DNA from: Chiloscyllium plagiosum
Lineage: Eukaryota
Reading direction: 5' to 3'
NCBI RefSeq assembly: GCF_004010195.1
Contig: NC_057720.1
Coordinates: 24,612,746 to 24,676,745, forward strand
Length of the DNA: 64,000 nt
Shown here piece by piece: positions 10,320 to 22,398 of the stretch (the first letter of the stretch is position 1; each line of letters opens with the position of its first letter). The notes under the pieces were generated by a model, which worked only from the letters and a program-made list of their open reading frames with translations, made no database searches and was not told where the DNA came from. A program made the position numbers and the translations under genes.

Positions 10320-13300
10320 GGGGATTACAGGGAGGATGAGCCGACTGACTGCAGCACTATGGTGCAGGGGACCATTCAAGTGGGGGGAGAGAAGAGAAAT
10401 GTTGTATTTGGAGATAGTATAATTAGAGGCATTGGCACTGCTCTCCATGACCAGGACCGAGGGTCCTGAAGGTTGTGTTACCTGCTTAGTGCTCGGGTTC
10501 GGGATATCTCATCTGGGCTGCAGAGGGACTTGGAGTTGAAGGGTAAATATCCAGTGATCGTGGTCCACGAAAGTACCAACAACATAGATAAAACCAGGGC
10601 AGAGGCTCTGCTATGGAAGTATGAACAGCTAAGAGCTAAATTAAAAGGCAGAACCAAAAAAGTAATAAACTCTGGGTTACTACATGAGCCACAAACTAAT
10701 TTGCACAGGGTCAATAAGATTAAACAGGTAAAGATCAAAGACTGGTGTGGAAGAAATGGGTTTGAATTCATGGGACATTGGCACCAGCACTGGGGAAGAA
10801 AAAAACCTGTTCTGATGGGATGGTCTTCGTCTGAACAGTGCTGGGACCAGAATCCTAGGGAATTGCATAACTAGGGCTGTAAAGAGGGCTTTAAACTAAA
10901 TAGGGAAGGGGGCAATGAGGGTTCAGTTCTAGGGGAAATTAAAAAACTTGAATTAAAAGAGAAGGTAAGAGTGCAGAACTCAGGAGAGGTATAAAAATCT
11001 CCAGCACAGACTCAAATAGGACAGACTGTTTGGAAAGGGTTAGCAAACAAATTTCAAGCACATTGGATAAACAAATGACAATGAGAAGAGGGTTGGGTAA
11101 CACAGGACTGAAGGCATTATATCTGAATACACGCAGTACAAGGAATAAGGTAAATGATCTGGTGCAGATCAAAATCGGCAGTTATGATGTGGGTATCACG
11201 GAGACATGGCTGCAAGGGGATCAGGATTGGGAGCTGAATATTCAAGGATTTTCATTCTATCGAAAAGATAGGCAGGTAGGCAGAGGGAGTGGGGTTTTCT
11301 TATTAGTAAGAAATGAAATTAAATAAATAGTAAGAAACCAAGTAGGTTCAGATGGTGTAGAATCCATGTGGGTAGAATTGAGGAACCGCAAAGGTTAAAA
11401 AAAGATAGTTGGAGTCAGGAACTGGGATGCAAATTACACCAGGAGATAGAAAAGATTTGTAGGAAAGACAAAGTAACAGTGATCATGTGGCATTTCAATA
11501 TGCAGTGGACTGGGATATCAGGTTGGTAGTGGATTGCAAGAAAAGGGATATGTGGAATGTCTTTAAGATGGCTTTTTGGAGCAGTTTGTGGTGGACCCCA
11601 CTAGGGAACAGGAAATATTGGATTCAGTGTTGTGCAGTGAGGCAGACTTGATAAGAAAGCTTAAGGTGAAGGAACCCTTAGAAGGCAGTGAGCATATTAT
11701 GATTGAATTTACTCTGCAATTTGAGAGGGAGTAGATAGAATCACAGGTAATAGTATTACAGCTGAATAAAGGCCACTACAGAGACATGAGGGAGAAGCTG
11801 GGTAGAATTGATTGAAAGAGGTGCAGGAAAGACAGTGGCAGGAGTTTCTGGGAGTATTTCAGGAGACACAGCAGAGATTCATTCCGAGGAAAAAGAAGCA
11901 TGGTACAGGGAGGATGAGGCAACCATGGCTGACCAGGGAAGTCAGGGATAGCATAAAGGCAAAAGAAAAAACACGTAATGTGGCGAAGGACAGTGGGAAA
12001 CCAAAGGATTGGGAAGCTTACAAAGATCAACAGAGGGCAACAAAAAAAAGAAATAAGGAGGGAGAAGATTAAATATGAGGGTAAGCTAGCCAGTAATAAA
12101 GGAAGATTGTAAGAATTTCTTTAGATTTGAAAAGGGCAAAAGAGAGGCAAAAGTGGAAATTGGGTCACTGGAAAATGATGCTGAAGAGATAACAGTGGGG
12201 AACAATGAAATAGCTGAGGAACTGAATAATTATTTTGCATCAGTCTTCTTGGTGGAAGACACAAGTAATATCCCAAACATTCAAGAGAGTGAGGGGGCAG
12301 AGCTGAGTATGGAGGCCATCACCAAGGAGAAGATGCTAGAAAAACTGAATAGTCTGAAGGTGGATAACTCACCTGGACTGGATGGACTACACCCCAGATG
12401 TCTAAGGGAGATAGCTGAAGAGATAGTGGAGGCATTAGTGATCTTTCAGGAATTACTAGAATCAGGAAGGATCTCAGTTGACTGGAAAATCGCTAACATG
12501 ACACCCCCGTTTAAAAAGAGAGTACAGGAAATTGGAAAATTACAGACCGATTAGCCTAACCTCAGTTGTGGGTGAGATGCTGGAATCCATTGAGAAGGAT
12601 GAGATTTCTGAATACTTGGAAGTATATGCTAAAATAGGGTAAAGTCAGGATGGTTTCATCAAGGGTAGGTCATGCTAGACAAATCTGCTAGAATTCTTTT
12701 TGGAAGTAATGAACAGGTTAGACCAAGGAGAGCCAATGATTGTTATTTACCTGGACTTCAAGAAGGCCTTTGATAAGGTGCTACACAGAAGGCTAATGAG
12801 TAAGATATGGGCCCATGGTGTCAGGAGCAAGGTGCTAGCATGGATAGAAGCTTGGATGTCTGGCAGAAAGCAGAGAGGGGGGATAAAAGGGTCTTTTTCA
12901 GGATGACAAGTGGTGTTCTGCAAGGCTCAGTGTTGGGACCACAATATTTCACTTTATACATTAACAATCGAAATGAAGGAACTGAGCGCATTCTGGCAAA
13001 GTTTACAGATGATACAAAGATAAGTAGAGGGACAGATAGCACTGAGGAAGTGGGGAGGCTGAAGAAGGATTTGGACAGGTTAGGAGAGTGGGCAAAGAAA
13101 TGGCAGATGGAATACAATGTGGGAAAGTATGAGGTCATGCACTTTGGTAGGAAGAATAGAGGCATGGGCTATTTTCAAACTGGGGAGAAAATTCAGAAGT
13201 CTGAAGTGCAAAGAGAGTTCTAGTTCAGGATTCTCTCAAGGTAAACTTGCAAGTTGAGTCAGTAGTTAGGAAGGCAAATGCAATGATGGCATTTATTTTG

Positions 13301-13905
13301 AGAGGATTTAAATATAAAAGCAGGGATGTACTTCTGAGCCTCTATAAGGCTCTGGGCAGACCACGTTCAGAGTATTGTATGCAGGTTTGAACCCCGTATC
13401 TCAGGAAAGATGTATTAGCCCTGCAGTGTGTTCAGAGGAAGTTCACGAAAATGATGCCAGGAAGAAAAGCTTAAGGTATGAGGAACGTTTGAAAACTCTA
13501 GATCTATATTCAATGGAGTTTAGAAGGATGAAAGGGTATCTAATTGAAGCTTACAGAATACTAAATGGCGTGGACAGAGTGGATGCTTCCATTGTTAGGA
13601 GAGACCAGGACCTGAGGGCACAGCCTTGGAGCAAAGGGAAGACCTTTTAGAACAGATATAAGGAGAGACTTCTTCAGCCGGAGAGTGGTGAAACTGTGGA
13701 AATGATTGTCACAGAAGGCAGTCAAGGCCAGGTCATTGAGTATATTTAGGATTGAGATAGATAGGTTCTTGAGTATCAAGAGGATCAAGGGTTATAGCGA
13801 GAAAGCAGGAGAATGGGGTTGAAAAACCTATCAGCCATGATTGAATGGCGGAGCAGACCCAATGGGCTGAATGGCCTAATTTCTGTACCTATGTCTTATG
13901 ATCTT
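10320..13905 (+). mobile_element. Near full-length decayed CR1 LINE (ORF1 SGNH esterase, ORF2 endonuclease + RT)
   Basis: VVFGDSIIRG and VVHESTNN (esterase); LYLNTRS and VGITETWL (AP endonuclease); YLDFKKAFDKV, GSVLGP and KFTDDTK (RT). Many stops; tcttatg tail. Confidence 0.95.
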
Positions 13906-14427
13906 AGAGTCATCGTCATAGAGATGTAAGGGTTGATCTTACTGGTTGATCCCTATTATTAATTAGTGAATGATTTGCTTTGCTGTGTAATAGGTTAGAC
14001 TGTCAGTTCTGGTCTATGAAATATGTGTAACTGAGGGTCTGATCTTATAGAGATCCCAGCTGATGTTTATTCTGATATTGACAGCCATGTGTGATAGACA
14101 ACATCAAAACTGAAAGCATGTTTTGCACTATGTTTAGGATATTCAATGAATATTTGTAACAAAAGGCACCACACAATAAACCCATGTGGATGGACAGGCT
14201 GTATGTGTTACAGGTGTCTGATATTTCTTTATTGAAGTAGGCTGTAACAGGGATAACTGACTGCGCCTATTAGTTTCTCAATAGGCAGGTTCAGCTGAAA
14301 TTACCTTCTCTGTTCTATGCTAGAGATACCCACAATGACAAGGATTAGACAGACAGTCCAGTGTTTTCGCAGATCCCCAGCCCTTCTCTGAAATTGACCT
14401 TAACTTGATAATCAATTAATTACTTAC

Positions 14428-14941
14428 CAAAGCGGAGCATCAACCATTTCTGTAGTGGGTACAGATTGCAGTCACAGACCCAAGAATTTCCTTGTAGTCG
14501 AACTTCACGTATTCTTTCAAATTTCTCCAACAACTGGATGGTGACTGTGGTCAGCTTGTTATTGGCCAGGTTCAACATTGACAATTCCTGCCCATCACTG
14601 AGGAACTGAGTTGCCAAATCCTTTATTCTGTTATTGTTCAGCATCAGGATCTTTAAACTTAAAAGACCTTTGAAAGCCTTGGGGTGGAGCAAACCAATCT
14701 TGCAGTGACTCAGATCCATTACCTTCAGCTTCTTCAGATTGATAAAGGTCTCAGGGGTCAAAGTTGGCATGTGATTATTTGAAAGATTGAGGAAGACCAG
14801 ATTTCTGAATGCCTGCAGTCTCCTATTGTTTTCTCGATCCGTTGCATCCACTGAGTTGTCCGATAAATCCAAACTAGTTAAATTGGCGGGAAGATCTTCT
14901 GGCACCTTTGTAAGATTCCTCCCAGTGCAGATTGCTGAGGC
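14428..14941 (-). CDS. LRR exon (514 nt) of the LRRC19-like gene: end of LRRNT, six LRRs, start of LRRCT
   Basis: ORF 14420-14965 has CTGRNLTKVP, repeated LxxLxLxxN motifs (LTSLDLSDN, LVFLNLSNN, LKVMDLSHC, LKILMLNNN, LSMLNLANN, IREVRLQGN) and GNSWVCDC. Acceptor tttctcag|GCC is phase 0; donor TTTG|gtaagt is phase 1. Confidence 0.95.
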
Positions 14942-15010
14942 CTGAGAAACATATAAAAATCCCATTTTATATTACAGTATTTCCACAAATGAAATTCAAA
15001 TTTTCAAGTA

Positions 15011-15375
15011 CAGGTCATTCTGCTACAAATTGCATTTTGTTAAAACACGAATTCGCTATAATGTGATTGATGAACTGGAGACACTGTTCCTAAAGTAGGT
15101 AAAAACAATGACTGCAGATGCTGGAAACCAGATTCTGGATTCCTGATGAAGGGCTTTTGCCCAAAACGTCGATTTCGAAGCTGCTTGGATGTTGCCTGAA
15201 CTGCTGTGCTCTTCCAGCACCACTAATCCAGAAATTGTTCCTAAAGTGTGAACTTTTAAAACATGTATTGGCTGTACATCACCAACACCTTAAGCATTAT
15301 TTTGAAAGCACGATTTTTCTATATAATGTGGGGTTGCACGAGAATGCAGCCATCGCATTATAGAAAAACTACCCG
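15011..15375. mobile_element. Probable Tc1/mariner-type MITE, interrupted by a PLE cassette
   Basis: TA on both sides (15009-15010, 15376-15377). Imperfect terminal inverted repeats: CAGGTCATTCTGCTACAA vs reverse complement CGGGTAGTTTTTCTATAA. Confidence 0.55.
15097..15235. mobile_element. Fold-back PLE cassette (family A)
   Basis: Direct flanks tgttcctaaagt (15085-15096, 15236-15247). Hammerhead at 15143-15170 has GAAA mutated to AAAA. Confidence 0.85.
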
Positions 15376-16467
15376 TATGGCAGAATTGAGAACAGAGTCA
15401 TTTAGAAAGACCAGAAATAAACCATCTGGCACCCTAAAAATGTTAGATAATGTTTCAACTTATTTCAGAGAATTATACAATCATGTGATTGGAAACCACT
15501 TCATGTAACAATTTACCATCTACTCGTTAAATCAACAGTACTCAAGTTATGTTCTGTTCATTGCTTTCATCATGTTTTATAAATTAACTTTACAGTGCCT
15601 CTGAAAATCCTTGCCCTTGCTCCACCTGTGCTTGAACGCACAACACATATTTGGGATCAATGCAGGGTTAACCCAAATACAATACAGTGGTTGCTTTTGC
15701 CAGTGTGGGTGTCTTTTGGATCCCTGCCTAATGAGGAGACAGTTGTGAAACTGATGGCCACTTGCCAGTAGGCACAAATCAAAAGTAATAGACCCTCTTT
15801 GTGCCAATTAGAAAATGGCAGTGGATCAATTAACTTGATCTTCTTAATGTTGACTTTAAAACCTGAGTTGCCTTGACTTCCATTCTTGCCCACTCTCCTC
15901 TGAATCCCTTCACTAATGTCCACATTTCCAAGCTAACATCTCCCTACATTCACTTCCTCTTACCCACACTAACAGCGACAACATCCAATTCTCTAACATC
16001 ATGACTTTTAATCACAGACAAATTTATGTCTAACCACTACATTGTATTTATCTGCAATTGCATTTCCTTATTCTATGTCCTTACATTCATTGTATTTCAT
16101 ATAGGTCATCATCACTCCCTTCCCAAAAGAACCACCCTCTGTACCGATTTTAAAAATTGCTGTCTCAACTCTAATCTTGCTTTCCTCCCTAAAGTACTTG
16201 AACCAGTTTCTGTCTTCTAAATTTGTGCCCAACTTCCTCTTGAGTTCAAATTGGATTTCTGCCTCTGCTAGACACATCAATCTTAGATGAACTGTCATTC
16301 CCTCTAAGGGAATTAAAGATATTGATTATTGGTGCCTAAAAGAAACTATGCACTTTTGCTATGAACTCCATTCCCTCTCCAGTTATTGTCTCAGGCCAGC
16401 TCAGGTGGATTGCTTCACTAACTGAGCTTTTGATCCAAGTCCCCTCCGTTAGTCAGATGGAGTATAT

Positions 16468-16920
16468 ATAGAACATACAGAACATAGAAAAGTACAGCCC
16501 AGAACAGGCCCTTTGGCCTACGATATTGTGCCGAGGGTTAATCCTAATGTAAAATAAAATAACAATCTATGCACCCCTCAACTCACTGCTATCCATGTGC
16601 ATGTCCAGCAGTCGCTTAAATGTCCCTAATGACTCTGCCTCTACCACCACCACTGGCAACGCATTCCATGCATTCACAACTCTCTGCGTAAAGAACCTAC
16701 GTCTGATGTCTCCTCTATACCTTTCTCCCAATACCTTAAAACTATGACCCCTCGTACCAGTCAATCCTGCCCTGGGGAAAAGTCTCTGGCTATTGACTCT
16801 ATCTATTCCTCCCATTATCTTGTATACCTCAATCAGGTCACCTCTCTTCCTCCTTCTCTCCAGAGAGAAAAGTCCAAGCTTATTCAACTTATCCTCATAA
16901 GGCAAGTCCTCGAGTCCAGG
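16468..16920 (-). mobile_element. CR1 3' fragment
   Basis: LGLFSLERRRKRGDLIEVYKI...FFTQRVVNAWNALP, plus short-repeat tail. Confidence 0.92.
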
Positions 16921-17225
16921 TATAAGGAGAAATCAAGCTGGCTGGTGCAGAAAAAAAGGTCACTTACTTCCACCTCTATCTCACCTGCCTCTACCTATAC
17001 ATGAATTTCATATACTGCTGAAATGCCCACCGACTTCACCTTTTTGCATGAGTCACTAGTTCAAGGAATCTTAATGCAGTCCCAGCAGTGGTCACTGCTC
17101 CTAGAGATGCTGCAAGGACCAGATGTGGGTCTTCTTGTTCAGCTCAGGGTAGAATCCTCCCTCCACCGCCAGCCTCTTTCAAGCCTATTAATTTGTGAGA
17201 AGATTTGTAGCTCGGGTGCTCATTG

Positions 17226-17615
17226 TTGTGGTTCTGTTCGCCGATCTGGGAATTTATGCTGCAGACGTTTCGTCCCCTGTCTAGGTGACATCCTCAATGC
17301 TTGGGAGCCTCCTGTGAAGCGCTTCTGTGATGTTTCCTCTGGCATTTATAGTGGTTTGTCTCTGCCGCTTCCGGTTGTCAGTTCCAGCTGTCCGTATATT
17401 GGGTCCAGGTCGATGTGCTTATTGGTTGAATCTGTGGATGAGTGCCATGCCTCTAGGAATCCCCTGGCTGTTCTCTGTTTGGCTTGTCCTATAATAGTAG
17501 TGTTGTCTCAGTTGAACTCATGTTGCTTGTCATCTGCATGTGTGGCTACTAAGGATAGCTGGTTGTGTCATTTCGTGGCTAGTCACCAACTAGCCATGAA
17601 ACGACACGACCAGCT
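17226..17615 (-). mobile_element. 3' fragment of a different Penelope-like family (D) with hammerhead relic and terminal inversion
   Basis: Minus strand encodes DNTTIIGQAKQRTA..FLEAWHSSTDSTNKHIDLDPIY (endonuclease C-terminus). Hammerhead tTGAGGA-tgtcacct..aggggac-GAAA-cGTC at 17298-17264. Hairpin at 17557-17615. Confidence 0.75.
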
Positions 17616-18237
17616 TTCTGCTACTGCACCAATCTTTGTGTCATCTGCAAACTTGCTGATCATACTAACAGTGCCGTCTTCCAGATCATTAATGTATATT
17701 ACAAATAACAGTGGCCTCAACACTGACCCCTATGGAAAACCACTGGTCACCTTTCTCTATTTTGAGAAACACCCTTCAACTACTATTCTCAGTTTCCTGT
17801 TGCTCGACCAGTTCTTTATCAACCTAGCTAGAATACCCTGCATACCATGTGACTTCACTTTCTCCATTAGTCTACCATGGGAACCTTATCAAACGCCTTG
17901 CTAAAGTCCATGTTTATGACATCAACAGCCCTTCCTTCATCTATCAACTTGGTCACTTCCTCGAAGAACTCTATTTTTAGTAAGGCACGATCTCCCCTGC
18001 ACAAAACCATGTTGCCTATCACTGATAAGCCCATTCTTTTCGTAAATATAAATAGATCCTATCCCTCAGTACTTTCTCCAGCAACTTTCCCACTACTGAT
18101 GTCAGGCTCACTGGCCTATAGTTACCCAGAATATCCCTACTACCCTTCTTGTAAGGGGGAAAACATGAGCAACCCTCCAGTCCTCCGGCACCTCACCTGT
18201 ATTTAAGGATGCCAGAAAGATATCTGTCAGGGCCCCA
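17616..18237 (-). mobile_element. CR1 RT internal fragment
   Basis: Reverse complement gives QHGF, DFSKAFDKV and KFADDTK motifs. Confidence 0.88.
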
Positions 18238-18482
18238 GAGATCATGGTTCACATGGGCACCAACAATATATGGAGGGGAATAAGTCCCTGAAAGTAGAAT
18301 TTAGGAAACTCGGCAAGAGACTTGAAAGCAGGTCCTCGAAGGCAGTAATCTCAGGACTGCATGCAGTCCAATATCCTAATGAGTATAAACACAGAGAAAT
18401 TGAGCAAATGAACATGTAGACATTGGAACTAGTTCTGTAGCAGGTGGAACCAGTACAAGGAGGAGAGGTTAGATCTTAGCAG

Positions 18483-18892
18483 GAACAAAGAGACCTTGGA
18501 GTGCAGTCCTTTGAAAGAGGAGTAATACGTTGATAAGATAGTGAAGAAGGCATTTGGGTTGCTTTCCTTTATTGGTCAGAGCATTGAGTATAGGAGTTGA
18601 GAGGTCATGTTGCAGCTGCACAGGACATTAGTTAGGCCACTTTTGGAATATTGCGTGCAATTCTGGTCTTGCTCCTATTGGAAGGATATCGTGAAACTTA
18701 AAAGAGTTCAGAAAAGATTTACAAAGATGTTGCCACGGTTGGAGGATTATAAGATGTGGTTGTTTTCTCTGGAGGGATATGGGCCAAGTGCTGGCAAATG
18801 GGACTAGATTAGGTTAGGATATCTAGTCAGCATGGACGGGTTGGACTGAAGGGTCTCTTTCTGTGCTGTACATACCTATGACTCTATGACTC
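18483..18892 (+). mobile_element. CR1 (HER1-like) 3' fragment, nested
   Basis: LVRPLLEYCVQFW; (ctatgact)n tail. Confidence 0.9.
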
Positions 18893-19247
18893 CAATACTA
18901 GGACCAATATCCTGATGAGGATATTCTGAAGAAGGGCCACTGGAAATGTTAGCTCTGCTTTCTCTATACAGATGAAACAGAAAGCAGCCTTGGTAGAAGT
19001 GGTTTATAGGCAACCAGACAGTAGTGTACTGTAAGGCATGTTATAAATCAGGAAATTAGAGTAGCAAAGAGCAAGTGGAGTGCAACAATCATGGCTGACT
19101 TCAATCTACATATATGCTGAGTGAATCTAATGAACACTAATGCATTGGAGGAAAAACTCCTGGAATAAGTTGGAAATAGTTTTCTCGAACAATAGTTGGA
19201 AGAATCACCTGGGACACAGCTACTTAAGATCTAGTATTACGCAACTT

Positions 19248-19535
19248 TTGTATTAATTCATGGGATGTGGGCATCGCTGGCTTGGCCAGCGTTCATGCCC
19301 ATGCCTAATTACCTAGAGGGCATTGCTGTTGGTCCCATTTTAAGTCAGATCCAGTAAGGATAACAGATTTCTTTTCTTAATGGGCATTAGTGGACCAGAT
19401 GGGTTTTTACAAACATAGGACTAGCTTCTTTAAAAATTGAACTAATCTGCCAAGGTGCGATTTGAACCCAGAGAACATTAGTCTATACTTCTGGCTACGA
19501 GTCCAGTGACGTTACCATTACATTATCACATCTCC
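19248..19535 (-). mobile_element. tRNA-type SINE whose 3' tail resembles the LINE at 24535-25620
   Basis: B-box-like GGTTCAAATC on the minus strand; homologous to 54640-54965; tail ...ccagcgatgcccacatcccatgaat. Confidence 0.65.
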
Positions 19536-19794
19536 ACGGAAAGGTCTGATTAAAACAAATTTAGACAATAATCTGTAAGGAATGGTGACCACAGTGTGGT
19601 AGAATTTTCCTTGAAAAAATATAGTTCAATCTGAAACCAGTGTTTTAAATTAAAGCAGAGAAAATTATAATGGTATGTGATGGAAGCATGTCATAGTGGA
19701 TTAAAAACATTAATCTAATAGGCTTCAAGATAGTTATACAATGGCTAGCAATTAAAGAAGTCTTGTTTTGGTTTTCAAAAAAGCATACATTCAT

Positions 19795-22398
19795 AAAATC
19801 ATACAGTCATAGAGATGTACACCATGGAAACAGACCCTTTGGTCCAACCTGTCTATGCCGACCAGGTATCGCAACCCAATCTATTCCCACTTGCCAGCAC
19901 CCAGCCGATATCCCTCCAAACCCTTCCCATTCACATACCCACCCAGATGCCTTTTAAATGTTGCAATTGTACCGGCCTCCACTGCTTCCTCTGGCAGCTC
20001 ATTCCACACACTCACCACCCTCTGCATGTAAAAGTTGTTCCTTAGATGTCTTTTATATCTTTCCCCTCTCATCTTAAACCTATGCCCTCTAGATCTGGAC
20101 TCCTCCACCACAGGGAAAAGGATAGTGAAGAAAGCGTTTGGTATGCTTTCCTTTATTAGTCAGCATATTGAGTTCTGGAGTTGGGAGGTCATCTTGCCAT
20201 TGGTTAGGCCACTTTTGGAATATTGCGTGCAATTCTGGTCTCCGTCCTATCGGAAGGATGTTGTGAAACTTAAAAGGGTTCAGAAAAGATTTACAAGGAT
20301 GTTGCCAGGGTTGGAGGATTTGAGCTATAGGGAGAGGCTGAATGGGCTGGGGTTGTTTTCCCTGGAGCGTCGGAGGCTGAGGGGTGACCTTATAGAGGTC
20401 TATAAAATCATGAGAGGCATGGATAGGATAGATAGACAAAGTCTTTTCCCTGGGATCGGGGAGTCCAGAACTAGAGGGCTATATGAATATGATGGGTTTA
20501 GAGGGATATGTGCCGGGTGCTAGCAGGTGGGACTAGATTGGGTTGGGATATCTGGTCGGCATGGTCGGATTGAACCGAAGGGTCTGTTTCCGTGCTGTAC
20601 AATTCTGTGACTTGATGACTCTAACAGCCTTACGATAAGAAGGAGACCAGAATTGCATACAATATTCCAAAAGTGATCAAACCAAAGTTTCGTACAGCCG
20701 CAACATGACCTCCCAACTCCAGTACTCAGTACTCTGACCAATAAAGGAAAGCATACCACTATCTTATCTACCTGTGACTCCACTTTCAAGGAGCTATGAA
20801 CCTGCATTCCAAGGTCTCTTTGTTCAGCAACACTCCCTAGGACCTTACCATTAAGTGTATAAGTCCTGCTAAGATTTGCTTTCCCAAAATGCAGCACCTC
20901 ACATTTATTTGAATTAAACTCCATCTGCCACTTCTCAGCCCATTGGCCCATCTGATCAAGATTCCGTTGTAATCTGAGGTAACCTTCTTCGCTCTTCACT
21001 ACACCTCCAATTTTGGTGTCATCTGCAAAGTTACTAACTGTACCTCCTATCTTCACATCTAAATCATCTATATAAATGACAAAAGGTAGTGGACCCAGAA
21101 CCGATCCTTGTGGCACTCCACTGGTCACAGGCCTCCAATCTGAAAAACAACTCTCCACCACCATCCTCTGTCTTCTACCTTTGAGCCAGCTCTGTGTCTA
21201 AATGGCTAGTTCTCCCTGTATTTCATGAGATCTAACCTTGCTAATCAGACTCCCATGGGAAACCTTGTTGAACGTCTTACTGAAGTCCATACAGATTACG
21301 TTCTGCCCTCATCAATCCTCTTTGTTACTTCTTCAAAAACCTCAATCAAATTTGTGAGACATGATTTCCCATGCACAAAGCCATGTTGACTATTCCTAAT
21401 CAGTCCTTGCCTTTCCAAATACATGTAAATCCTGTGCCTCAGGATTCCCTCCAACAACTTGCTCACCACCGACGTCAAGCTCATTGGTCTATAGTTTCCT
21501 GGATTGTCCTTACCACCTTTCTTAAATAGTGGCACCACGTTAGCCAATCTCCAGTCTTCCAGCAACTCACCTGTGACAATCGATGATACAAATATCTCAG
21601 CAAGGGTCCTGGGGATTTATCCACCTTTATGCGTTTCAAGACATCCAGCACTCCCTCCTCTGTAATATGGACATTTTTCAAGATGTCACCATCTATTTCC
21701 CTACATTCTGAATCTTCCATGTCCTTTTCCACAGTCAGTACTGATGCAAAATACTTGTTTCGTGTCTCCTGCTGCTCCACACAAAGGCTACCTTGCTGAT
21801 ATTTGAGGGGCCCTATTCTCTCCCTCTCTAACGTATTTGTAAAAACCCCTTGAATTGTCCTTAACTATATTTGTCAAAGCTATCTCAAGTCCCCTTTTGC
21901 CTTCCTAATTTCCTTCAAAGGACTCACTCGATCTATCCTGTATATATCTGACATATGCTTCCTTCTTTTTCTTAACCAAACCCTCAATTTCATTAGTTAT
22001 CCAGCATTCCCTACACCTACCAGCCTTTCCTTTTACCCTAACAGGAATATACTGTCTCTGGACTCTCATTATCTCATTTCTGAAGGCTTCCCATTTTCCA
22101 GCCGTCCCTTTACCTGCAAACATCTGGCCCAAATCAGCTTTTCATAGCTCTTGCCTAATACCATCAAAATTAGCCTTTGTTCAATTTAGAATTTCAACTT
22201 TTAGATCTGGTCTATCCTTTGCCATCACAATTTTAAAACTAATAGAATTATGGTCACTGGCCCCAAAGTGATCCCCCACTGACACCTCAGTCACCTGACC
22301 TGCATTATTTCCCAAGAGTAGGTCAAGTTTTGCACCTTCTCTAGTAGGTATATTCACATATTGAATCAGAAAATTTTATTGTACACACTTAACAAATC
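19795..22398 (-). mobile_element. CR1 (HER1-like) ORF2, with a plus-strand CR1 3' segment at about 20117-20622
   Basis: Minus-strand RT motifs (SGVPQGSVLGP, NFADDTK, SQHGF, KSPGP) and an oppositely oriented LVRPLLEYCVQFWSP...RGDLIEVYKI block. Confidence 0.93.

Noticed and set aside
17023..17904. 293-aa plus-strand ORF
   Set aside because: Largely the antisense frame of adjoining PLE and CR1 fragments; no recognisable domain.
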